Positions 53,821 to 64,000 of a stretch of DNA of 64,000 nt are shown here, piece by piece (the first letter of the stretch is position 1; every line of letters begins with the position of its first letter). The DNA is from Octopus bimaculoides. Lineage: Eukaryota. Below the pieces are notes generated by a model. It had not been told where the DNA came from. It made no database searches and saw only the letters and a program-made list of their open reading frames with translations. The stretch covers positions 53,507,671 through 53,571,670 of the forward strand of contig NC_068986.1 in assembly GCF_001194135.2 (NCBI RefSeq), read 5' to 3'. The position numbers were made by a program, and so were the translations under genes.

Positions 53821-54240
53821 TATATATATATATATATATATATATACATGTGTGTGTGTGTGTCTTTATGTTAGTGTTTTTCCTCCACCACTGGTTGACA
53901 ATTGGTGTTGGTGTGTTTATATCCTTGTAACTTAGCAGTGTGGTAAAAGAGACGGATAGAATAAATACTAGGCTTTAAAAAAATAAGTTCTGGGATGGAT
54001 TTGTTTGACTAGGCAGTGCTCAAGCATGGCCACCTTCAAATGATTGAAACAAGTAAAAAGGAAAAAAATGAAAAGAAGTTGCATATTCTGTGACAGAAAG
54101 GTAGAGGCTGGCAAAAAAAATGAAAGAATAGAAACTTAAAAAATGGTTAATTTTTTGGGTTTTTGGCAGATTCACAAATCAATTTTTTAAAATAAATTTT
54201 AAAAATCAAGAAGTTTAAGATGGCTTACTGTACAACTCCC

Positions 54241-54625
54241 AGGCATGACTATGTGGTTAAGGAGGTTATTTTGCAACCATGTGATTTCAGATTCAATCCC
54301 ACTGTATGACACCTTGGGCAAGTGTTTTCTACTTTAGCTCTGGGCTGACCCTTGTGAGTGAATTTGGTAGATGGAAACTGTGGAAGCCCATGTTATATAA
54401 TATGTATGCGTGTGTATGTGAGTGCATGTGTGCATCTTTGTGTTTGTCTCCCCCCCCCATCACTTGACAACTGGTGTTGGTTTGTTTACATCCCTATAAC
54501 TTAGCACTCTACCAAAAGAGACCAATGGATTAAGTACCAGAATTAAAAAGAAATAAAAATGTACTGAGGTCAACTTGTTCAAGGCCATGCATGGTCACAG
54601 TCCAGTGACTGAAACAAGTAAAATA
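54241..54625 (+). mobile_element. SINE family A (old, near full length)
   Basis: Head aggcatgactatgtggttaag...caccttgggcaag through tail cagtccagtgactgaaacaagtaaaa. Confidence 0.75.
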
Positions 54626-55153
54626 TATATATGATAAGCTATATCTGTGTGATTAAGAAGGTACTTTGAACCTGTATGTGTGCATGTGCATGCATATAAG
54701 TGTTTGTGTATCTGTATGTATGTGTGAATGCATGTATGCATATTTTGTGTGTGTTTGTATAAGTGCATGTGTACATACACAAATATGTGTTGCTTATTAT
54801 ATTTTTATTTAGTTGTTACTGTCTTTGATTTTTTGTTTTGTATATTTTCTTGTTTCCCTCACAATTTGTCCTTTTACCTTTTGACCTAGAGACCTTGTCT
54901 TTTTTGGACCCACATCTTCTGTAAACATGACAAGTGTTTATTATTATTATTATTGTTTTTTATTATTATTATTGTTATTATTATTGTTATTATTATTGTT
55001 ATTATTATTATCATTATTATTANNNNNNNNNNNNNNNNNNNNNNNNNNNNNNNNNNNNNNNNNNNNNNNNNNNNNNNNNNNNNNNNNNNNNNNNNNNNNN
55101 NNNNNNNNNNNNNNNNNNNNNNNNNNNNNNNNNNNNNNNNNNNNNNNNNNNNT

Positions 55154-55497
55154 AGGGCAGCAGACTCGCGGTCATACGATCCCAAACTGGGCGTTGTGAG
55201 TGTTTATTGAGCGAAAACACCTAAAGCTCCATGAGGCTCCGGCAGGGGATGGTGGCGAACCCTGCAGTACTCTTCCGCCACAACTTTCTCTCAATCTTAC
55301 TTCCTGTTTCTGTTGTGCCTCTAATTCAAAGGGTCAGCCTTGTCACACTGTGTCACGCTGAATATCCCCGAGAACTATGTTAAGGGTACACGTGTCTGTG
55401 GAGTGCTCAGCCACTTGCACGTTAATTTCACGAGCAGGCTGTTCCGTTGATTGAATCAACTGGAACCCTCGACGTCGTAAGCGATGGAGTGCCAACA
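55154..55497 (+). mobile_element. Young SINE-like element (5' end in gap)
   Basis: GC/CpG-rich 340-bp unit abutting a gap, ending gatggagtgccaacaa before an AT-rich junction. Architecture is typical of SINEs; family not named. Confidence 0.6.
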
Positions 55498-55509
55498 ATT
55501 ATTAGTTAG

Positions 55510-55715
55510 CAAGCTGGCAGAATGGTTAGCATGCAGGCCAAAATGCTTAACAGCATTTAGCCTGTCATTATGCTCTGAGTTCAAATTCTGCCAAGGTTGA
55601 CTTTGTCTTTCATCCTTTCGAGGTCAATAAATTAAATACCAGTGAAAGAGTGGGGTAGATATAATCAACTAGTCTCCTCCCCAAAATTTCAGGCTTTGTG
55701 CCTATAATAGAAATG
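55510..55715 (+). mobile_element. tRNA-derived SINE family B
   Basis: gagctggcagaat..ttagc...ctgagttcaaattc...gactttgcctttcatcc...aagtaccag. Further copies at about 56925-57070, 57100-57315, 13870-14060, 32240-32450, 62260-62340, 63390-63530 and reversed at 45590-45750. Confidence 0.8.
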
Positions 55716-55718
55716 ATT

Positions 55719-56744
55719 GTTACTTCTGCCTTAGCGAAAGTGGAGGTATTGTTTTCAGTTGTGTTTATTTGTGGACAAAATATCTCAAGAACTGCTGGAT
55801 TGATTCAGATGAAACTTTCAGGGATGTTTGGTTTTGTGACTGGCAAGAACTGATTAGATTTTGGGATTGATCTGGTACTGGACAAGGATTCTGGATTGTT
55901 TGTTATATTTACTTTACTTTACATAAAATATTACAATCTTACGTTGACTTCAAGTCTTTCTCTGATTATCTCCCTTGAAAGCACGCTCATGGTTTCCACA
56001 TAAGTTATGGTGGCATTGCTGTTTCCAAAGTTTTATTTTTGTTTCTCTATTATTAATTTTACTCGCATCTCTATCTTAGTAGTAACTGATGGATAAAGAA
56101 ATCAAACTACATAAACAAATGGCAGCAAAACTGCTCAGAAATTAAATAACACTAACATATTCAGTAACAATAATAGATTTAATTTATCCTCGACAATTTT
56201 TAGTTTTACCAATTTTGAATATATCGCTCCTGTTTAAAACTTCTTACCTACTTGACAATTGCATTTCTAGCTCTGCTTTGAAGGAAGCTTTACTTCTTGG
56301 ACTCACATTTTTGTGTGCAACAATGTTGTTAAACCTCCGTTAACAGCACCGTATGCAGGTCCTTTCCTTTTTCTTTCACGCACAGATAAATTTTTCACTA
56401 TAGACCTTAATGGTCGTAAAGACACTATATCAGTGGATAGACTAAAAAAGGCTTTCATAGAGAAAACTGTCCCTGTTCCCACTGCAGACGACACACACAC
56501 AGCATTACAAACATAGCCCGCACACCCACCTTCACATTCCATGACTACCATTGGGATTGATCAGGTACCGGACAAGGATTCTGGATTATTTTTCCGTTTT
56601 TTTTTACTTAACTTTTGTGAGTGATTGAGTTCATTTTTAGTATTCTCGTTTGTGAGAGCAGTTGAGTTTATTTCAGATATTCGCATTTTAAAAATCATCT
56701 CCAGCTAATCGTTGAGAGGTTGCCTTGAAGGAGGTTTGTGCTCT
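55719..56744 (+). mobile_element. Helentron/HINE-like non-autonomous element with internal insert
   Basis: 5' hairpin acttctgc..gtggaggt, 3' subterminal ggaggt, and a 37-bp direct repeat ttgggattgatc(t/a)ggtac(t/c)ggacaaggattctggatt at 55861-55897 and 56551-56587. Confidence 0.4.
56280..56516 (+). mobile_element. Ty3/Gypsy integrase C-terminal fragment
   Basis: THIFVCNNVVKPPLTAPYAGPF...RTDKFFTIDLNGRKDTISVDRLKKAF matches the GPY/F module and the trailing DxVSIDRLKP motif of Gypsy integrases. Confidence 0.8.
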
Positions 56745-56746
56745 TC

Positions 56747-56821
<75 letters not shown>

Positions 56822-56846
56822 TTATTATTATTATTATTATTATTAT

Positions 56847-56900
<54 letters not shown>
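56745..56900. repeat. Compound trinucleotide microsatellite (GTT)(CTT)(ATT)(AGT)(GGT)
   Basis: Directly visible consecutive runs. Confidence 0.95.
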
Positions 56901-57937
56901 AAAGGATAATAATTATTATTATTAAGGCATTGAGCTGGCAGAATCATTAGCATTTCTTCTGACATCACATTCTGAGTTCAAATTCAGCCAAGGTCGAATT
57001 TGCCTTTCATCCTTTAGGGGTCAATAAATTAAGCATCTGTGGAACACTGGTGTCGATGTAATGTCTTTAATAGAAAGAAGAATTATTATTATTATTGTTA
57101 AGGCAGTGAGCTGGCAGAATTGTTAGCACACCAGACAAAATGCTTAGTGGCCTTTCTTCCAACTTTTCATTCTGAGTTCAAATTCCACTGAGGTCAACTT
57201 TGCCTTTCGTCTTTTTGGGGTCACTAAATTAAGTACCAGTGGAACACTGGGGTTGATGTAATCAACTAGTCCTCTCCCCACAAATTTCAGACCTTGTACC
57301 ATTAGTAGAAAGGATTATTATTATTATCATAATTATCATTATTATTATTATAATATATGTACATATACATACATGTGCAGGTGTGCATGCATATGCTTGG
57401 CCATTTTGTCATTCAGTTACCTTTATTTTATTCTTGCATAAATTTTTCTGTTTATTTTTCTTGTATTGATACTAGATTATTTTCTTTTTTTCTATTCTTC
57501 TGTTTTTCTTTTTCTTTTTCTGTCTGTCTTATATTTGTGGCTCATGATGAATGTTTCTTCATTGTAACTTTTCTTAAGAATTTTTAACATTGACTGCTAA
57601 TTTGTTTTGTCACAAGGCAACGCCCATATTCTGATTATTTGACATTCTGTACTTTGTAATCCAGCTGTCAGCTCTATGTCAGTGAAGTATCACGAAACTC
57701 AGAGAAGCCACAGAGAGTAATTTCAGTACTGTAATAAATATTACACTCTATTGTAGTATTGATTACATTTTCATCAAAATTCAATTGTAAACACACACAT
57801 AGGGAGAAAGACAGACAGTCATGTATAGGTGTGGCTGTGAGTTAAGAAGTTTTCTTCTCAAATATATAGTTCCTGTTTCTGTTCCACTATGTGATACCTT
57901 GGGCTATCCAATAACCTTGGGCTATCCAATAACCTTG

Positions 57938-60380
57938 GTGGAATGTTGCTGTAGACAGGGCCATTAGAGCAAAGAAACAGACCTGGAAGAGTTGGGGTAG
58001 CAGGGAGCTGTATCAGATAGATAGAAAGAAAGCTAGGAGACAGGTATATCTAGCCAAGGAAAAAGCAGAAAAGAGGAAGTTTGCCTATGTTTAGCGATGT
58101 TAGGGCCAAAGAATTGAAGTGTTCCAGTTTGCAAGATAGTGTGAGAGAGAAAATTGTGATGTCACAAGAGAGAAATGTGTCCGCATGGATGATGGTGCAC
58201 TTGCATTTAGTGATTCTGCAAAGAAAGAGGCTTAGAAATGCCATTATAAAAGACTGCTGAATGTAGAGAAAGAAAGGGAGGAGGAGAGTCTGCCAAATGT
58301 TGATCCAATTGAGGGACCAGGTACCTGAATTGACAATACCTTGGTAGATAAAGGAATTAAGGGACATGAAAACAAGGAAAGCCCCTGGCCCTTCAAGAAT
58401 CACTGCTGAGATGCTTAAAATATCTGGTGATGTAAGTTATGGTCTAGTCACCCAGTTTGTAAATTAGGTGATTCATGAAGAAGTCATACCCAATGACTGG
58501 TGTAGCAGCACCATAGTCAACTGCTATAAAGGTAAATGCCTTAGATTGAAATACTTACAGAGGTATCAAATTATTGGATCAGGTGATGAAAGTTACGGAG
58601 AGAGTCATAGCCCAACTAATTAGTGGGAAAATTAGTCTAGATGAGATGCAGTTTGGTTTTGTGCCAGGAAAAAACACCACTGATGCTATATTTCTGGTAA
58701 GGCAGCTGCAGGAGAAATACATAGCCAAAGATAAACCTCTGTACTTAGCTTTTGTTGACTCAGAGAAAGCTTTTGACAGAGTCTCCTGATCTCTTATCTG
58801 GTGGTCAATGCAGAAACTAGGGATAGATGAATGGCTGGTGAAAGCCTTACAAGTCATATACAGAGATGCTGCCAGTAAGGTGAGGATTAGCAACGAGTAC
58901 AGCAAAGAATTCAGAGTACAAGTAGGGGTTCACCAAGGATTGGTCCTAACCCCCTCTTGTTCATCATAGTCCTCCAAGCAATAACAGAGGAATTTAAGAC
59001 AGGCTTCCTCTAGGAGCTCCTCTATGCTGATGATCTTGTTCTTATACCTGAATCACTACTAGAACTAGAGAAGTTCCAGGTATGGAAGCAAGGTCTAGAA
59101 TCAATGGGCCTTAGAGTTAACCTAGCAAAAACTAAAGTCTTAGTAAGTAGGAAGGCAGACAAAGCACAAATCCCTTCAGGATTTCTGTAGAAAACGTGTA
59201 GGTAGTAACTCTGTAGGATGCACCTGGTGTAAGCTTTGGATACATAAAAGGTACAGCAATATCAGAGGAAGGTTAACAAGGAAAATAGTTTTTGTGTGTG
59301 GTAGATACACAAGTACAATAAACATCAAAAATGTACAGAAAATAGACTCCATCAACTGTCATAAGTGTAAGCTAGAGGTAGTAGATAGCTTCTGTTACCT
59401 AGGTGATGAAGTTAGTAGCGGAGTTGGATGCTCCAAGAGCATAACTGTCAGAATAAGATTAGGCTGGGCAAAGTTTAGAGAGCTCCTACCTCTGCAGGCA
59501 ACAAAGGGCCTCTGTCTCAGAGTGAAAGGCAGATTGTATGATGCCTGTATGCAAACAGCTATGCTACATGGTAGTGAAACATGGGCTGTGACAGCTGAAG
59601 ATATGCATAGGCTTGAAAGAAATGAGCCAGTATTCTTCACTGGATGTGCAATGTCAGTGTGCATGTTCAACAGAATGTAAGCATCCTGAGAGAAAAGTTA
59701 GGCATAAGTGGCATCAGATGTGGTGTGCAAGAGAGATGAATGCACTGGTGTGGTCATGTGATGTGTATGGACAAGGACAGCTGTGTAAAGAAGTGCTGAT
59801 CCCTAACTGTGGAGGGAACCTGTGGTAGAGATAGACTCAGGAAGACATGGGATGAGGTGGTGAAGCACGATCTTTGAACTCTGGGCCTCACAGAGGCAAT
59901 GACTAGTGACCAAAACCTTTGGCAGTATGCTGTGCTTGAGAAAACCCGTCAAGCCAAGTGAAATTGTAGTAATGGCTGATGCTGGTGTCACGTAACTGGC
60001 ACCCATGCTGGATGCTGGTGGCATATAAAAAGCATCTTTTGAGCATTGAGCCTCACGGAGGCAAAGTGGTTGAGCTCCTTTTGAGTGTTGGGCCTCACAG
60101 AGGCAATAACTGAGACCTTTGGCATTATGTTGTGCTTGAGAAGAAGACCCGTCAAGCCAAGTAAAACCACAGTCATGGCAGATACTGGTGTCATGCAAAT
60201 GGCACCCCTGCTAGTGGCACACTCTCAGAGTGGTTGGTGTTAGGAAGAGCATCCAACTGTAGAAATCATACCAAAACAGACTGGAGTCTGGTGCAGCCTT
60301 CCAGCTTACCAGCCCTGGTCAAACCATCCAACCCATGCCAGCATGGACAACGGATGTTAGTTGATGATGATGATGATGAT
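57938..60380 (+). mobile_element. RTE-clade LINE, 5'-truncated, decayed, with 3' UTR and (GAT)n tail
   Basis: ISLDEMQFGFVPGKNTTDAIFLVRQLQEKYIAKDKPLYLAFVDSEKAFDRV, ELLYADDLVL, VVDSFCYLGD, QTAMLHGSETWAV; several frameshifts and stops; ends gatgatgatgatgatgat. Confidence 0.93.
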
Positions 60381-61204
60381 ATCTTTTACTTGTTTCAGTC
60401 ATTATGCTGTAGCTTTGCTGGGGCACCACCTTGAAGATTTTTTTGTTAAATGAATCGACCCCAGTACAGGCATGTAAACACACTAACACCAGTTGTCAAG
60501 TGGTGGTAGTAGACAAACACAGACACAAAGACACACACTCATATATATATATGACAGGCTTCTTTCAGTTTCTGTTTACTAAATTCATTCACATGTCTAA
60601 TTTTGGCATAGTTTCTACAGCCCTTTCTAACACCAACCACTTTACAGAGTGCACTAGGTGCTTCAACATGGCACTGGCATGGGTGCTTTTCATATGGCAT
60701 CCACAAGTCCACCAGATTAGAATCACTCAGCTGAAGAGAGATCCAGGAACATGCCTGATGTAATGACAACTATGATTTCACTTAGCTTGATGTGTTTTCT
60801 CAAGCACAGCAAAGTCTCAGTCTGTTATCATTCCCTTTATGAGGCAGATCCTTTCTCACTATTTTGTCCCACGTCTTCATGTTTGTGTTTGTCCCCTGCC
60901 ACTGCTTCATAATTAGAGTTGGTTTGTTTATGTCCTCATAACTTAGTGGCTTGGCAAAAGACACTAGCCATTCAAAAATAAGTAATGGTGTCAATTTCTT
61001 TAACTAAACCCTCCAAGGTGGTGATCCAGCACGGTCACAGTCCAGTGACTGAAACGAGTAAAAAATTGAAGATATCTGTGTGTAATTCTGATGAGATGAG
61101 TAATTTTGTCCTCCAATAAGAATTGTGCCTCTGTATGTGTGTGTGTATGTATATATCTATGTATGTATATATATGTATATTTATCTATATACATATGTAT
61201 ATAA

Positions 61205-61235
<31 letters not shown>

Positions 61236-63227
61236 TATATATCTATATATATATGTTTATATATACACATTCACACACAAACATACATATAAATATATAT
61301 ACACGCACACATAAACGTACATATCTATCTTTCTTTCTTTATGCTTCCAATTAGGATCTCTTTCATTAATTGCTGTTCATTCAGTAGAATAAGATATACT
61401 ATCTGATGGCTCTATATATGTATATTCTTTTATTCTTTTACTTGTTTCATCATTGGTGTGTGCCTATACTGGGATACTGCCATTAAGAGTTTTAGTCAAT
61501 CCTATAACCCATTTATTTTAACCTTGTACTTATTTTATTGATCTATGTTTTCCAGTGTGAATCTATCCTTATATATAAACTGTTAATATCTGTACAGAAA
61601 TTGCTGTGTATCCTTTCAATTTATACCAATTACAAATGCCATTAATTTCTTGTGCTGATTTCCAAAAGTATACCTTTCAAAGTGTGAGGTTAATGTGGCT
61701 TTTGATGGGTTGAAGGAACAAAGTAACTCAATGGTCTTGTGTTCAAATCCACTGATTCCATTTTGTAATGGGACAGTGGAGTTAATTCTATATATTTCAA
61801 TTCAGCTAGTTGTCAGAAATTCTATATATTTCAGTCCAGCTATTTGTTAGGATAGAGTGATGTGTCAATTAGAATAACACCTTGGTTGCATCAATACAAA
61901 AATATGTGGACCCTGCATGGATGCAGGAGAAAAGTTAAGGAAAAAAAAAGTGTAAGTGGAAGAAGCAGTTCCTTTGATCTCTATAGGTTCCTCTCAGACT
62001 AGTGAGATTTATGTGGATGTCTAACTTATGGTCAGAAGATATTATCTTCTGACCATGGTAGGCTATCATCCTATTCAGGTTGAGATATCACTCTCATCTG
62101 TCGAAGGACAAAAAATTAGATATAAGCATTGGCTCTTTCAAATCCTTAAGGACTAAAGAAAGATATAGCATAAAAAAAGAAAATTTGTGCTGCAATTGAT
62201 TTCTATGGTTACCAATGTTAATATAAGATCAACAGAAATGTTAGAACATCAAACAATATACCTTGCAATATTTAGTTGCAGATCTTTACATTCTGAATTC
62301 AAATCTTTTTGAGGTCAACTTTGCCTTTTGTCATTCCAGAGTCTGTTCTGCATTTTCCATCATACAAACCAACATAGTATACAGTGTAAACAATGAAACA
62401 TCACCACTATCTTTCCAAATCCTGTTGCATTTTACATGGAAATTTTAGTCCTCCAAAGTTTTCTAACAATCTTTTTTTGCAGTAAATTTTGGCCTGAAAA
62501 ATTCAACTTATATACCAAAAAAAAAAAAAAGGTTCCAAGGAAGTATCAGGGTCAATTTTATTGTTTACATCCTCTCCCAAATTTGTGGATTGGTGGCTGT
62601 ATAACTAATCAATATTGTTGGAAAATATAAACAATACATAATTTTCATCTGTTTTTCTTCTAAGGTGACATTAGCATTGATCTGTGTTGCATTACATAGA
62701 ACATGTATGGTAATTTTTGTATTATATCATAATGACACACATGACATTATTCATCCCATTCAAGTTGTTGACTTGCAGTCAGCTGATTTAAATAGGCACC
62801 AGTCAGCCAGTGAACCAGTTAATCAGTAAAAAGGTCAACATTAAGTTTCCTTTCATTAAGCTCTCTAATTGTGACCAAAGCATAAAAGCTTAACTTTTAA
62901 TGGCAACTGTATAGTAAAAGTGACTAGTGATTCCTTGGCTTGCAGTGCTAAGTTCAATTCTTCCCAGAGGAAAATTTACCTGCACTAGATTGGTGCTCTA
63001 TCCAGATATTATGTGAATGAGTGGGTAGGAGTAAAAGATTTATCAAGTTAATGCCATAGAAACCAATAATAATGACAAACATAGTGGAGTGTGAAGTTCT
63101 ATGATCAGACAGATGACACCATTAGTTCACTGCATGACTTAGTGACTGAAAAATGCTGTCAGGTTGATAAAATTCAGTAACCATTACAGCTTGGATCTCT
63201 CTGTCTCTCTCTCTGTCTCTCTCTGTG

Positions 63228-63308
<81 letters not shown>

Positions 63309-64000
63309 AAGCAACAAAATTTTATACATCAGTTAGAGGAGTCATTTATACATTTATCATTTTATCCATTAGTCAGAAAGGGAAGACTTCAAGCAGGTAG
63401 TATTGTGAGTGCATTGGATAGAAAGCCTTGCAGTTTGTACTGGATGTCTGCATTCTCAGTTCAAATCCTCTCTAAGTCAATGTTGCCTTTCACCTTTTGG
63501 AGATTAATGAATGAAGTACCAGTGTAGAGCTGTTGATTGGTGGAATTACTAGAGCATTGAACAAGTTGTTTTATTGTATCTGTTCTGGCATTTTGCACTG
63601 TGTTTAAATTCCACATCCTATTGTTGGTCTTGTACTGGGAAAAGAACCTTCAAGATCCAATGAACACTGATAGTCCTCTAATGTCAGAAAGTATGATGTA
63701 TTAATTAGAGCAACATCATGATTGCATCAATATAAAAACATATGGAAACAGTATAAAGCTAAGAGAAAATAAAATAAAAATCATAAGTGGAAGGAGCAGT
63801 TTTTCTGATCTTTATTGGATCCTCCTAGACTGGTTTTAAATAAAAAGGGACATAATATCTAACAATCAAGAATTAATTTCAGATATTTTACATGCTTAAT
63901 GAAAGAGCAGTTTTGATTTGCAACTCAAGAACAACTGTGGACATATTCCAACCTCATCAGCATAGTACAGTCTATTTAAGTCTTTAGATCAATTGATTAA

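Noticed and set aside
7873-55220. Long ORFs in the track that span N-runs (e.g. 7873-8796, 11537-12424, 52845-53504, 54886-55220)
   Set aside because: Artefacts of translating Ns as X. Only the non-N part of 20704-21699 is real (clathrin exon 2).
57897-57938. 18-bp tandem repeat ccttgggctatccaataa x2 as a CRISPR-like or regulatory array
   Set aside because: Only two units, no spacers, eukaryotic context; a local slippage at a SINE/LINE junction.
56725-63527. Low-complexity ORFs (poly-V/L/I/S, ERER, SLSL, YIYI)
   Set aside because: Microsatellite translations with no coding signal.

Overview
AT-rich, repeat-dense eukaryotic genomic DNA from a gapped draft assembly (8 N-runs). The SINE/RTE-LINE/microsatellite content points to an octopus or other coleoid cephalopod; this is inferred from repeat style, not proven. 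The only recognisable host gene is the 5' part of clathrin heavy chain (CLTC/Chc) on the minus strand: coding exon 1 (46744-46700, MATQLLPIRFQEHLQ), a ~25.7 kb intron, and exon 2 (5' end lost in a gap, visible 20937-20748). I also find a candidate 18-nt frame-preserving microexon (5101-5084, GQNGEA). The constitutive exon 3 (AGKTLQIFNIE...) was not found and probably lies left of the window. The introns and the upstream ~17 kb hold decayed RTE, CR1/L2-like and Gypsy fragments, mariner, pogo-like and other IS630-Tc1-mariner relics, many SINEs and microsatellites. Best leads: (1) the microexon, which would insert next to the clathrin-box groove; (2) a TSD-flanked 489-bp palindromic element whose arms each carry a tRNA-like Pol III head plus a degenerate minimal hammerhead ribozyme; (3) a candidate cassette/poison exon and a cluster of upstream splice donors. 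All reading was done by eye and no alignments or database searches were run. TE boundaries are approximate unless TIR/TSD positions are given.
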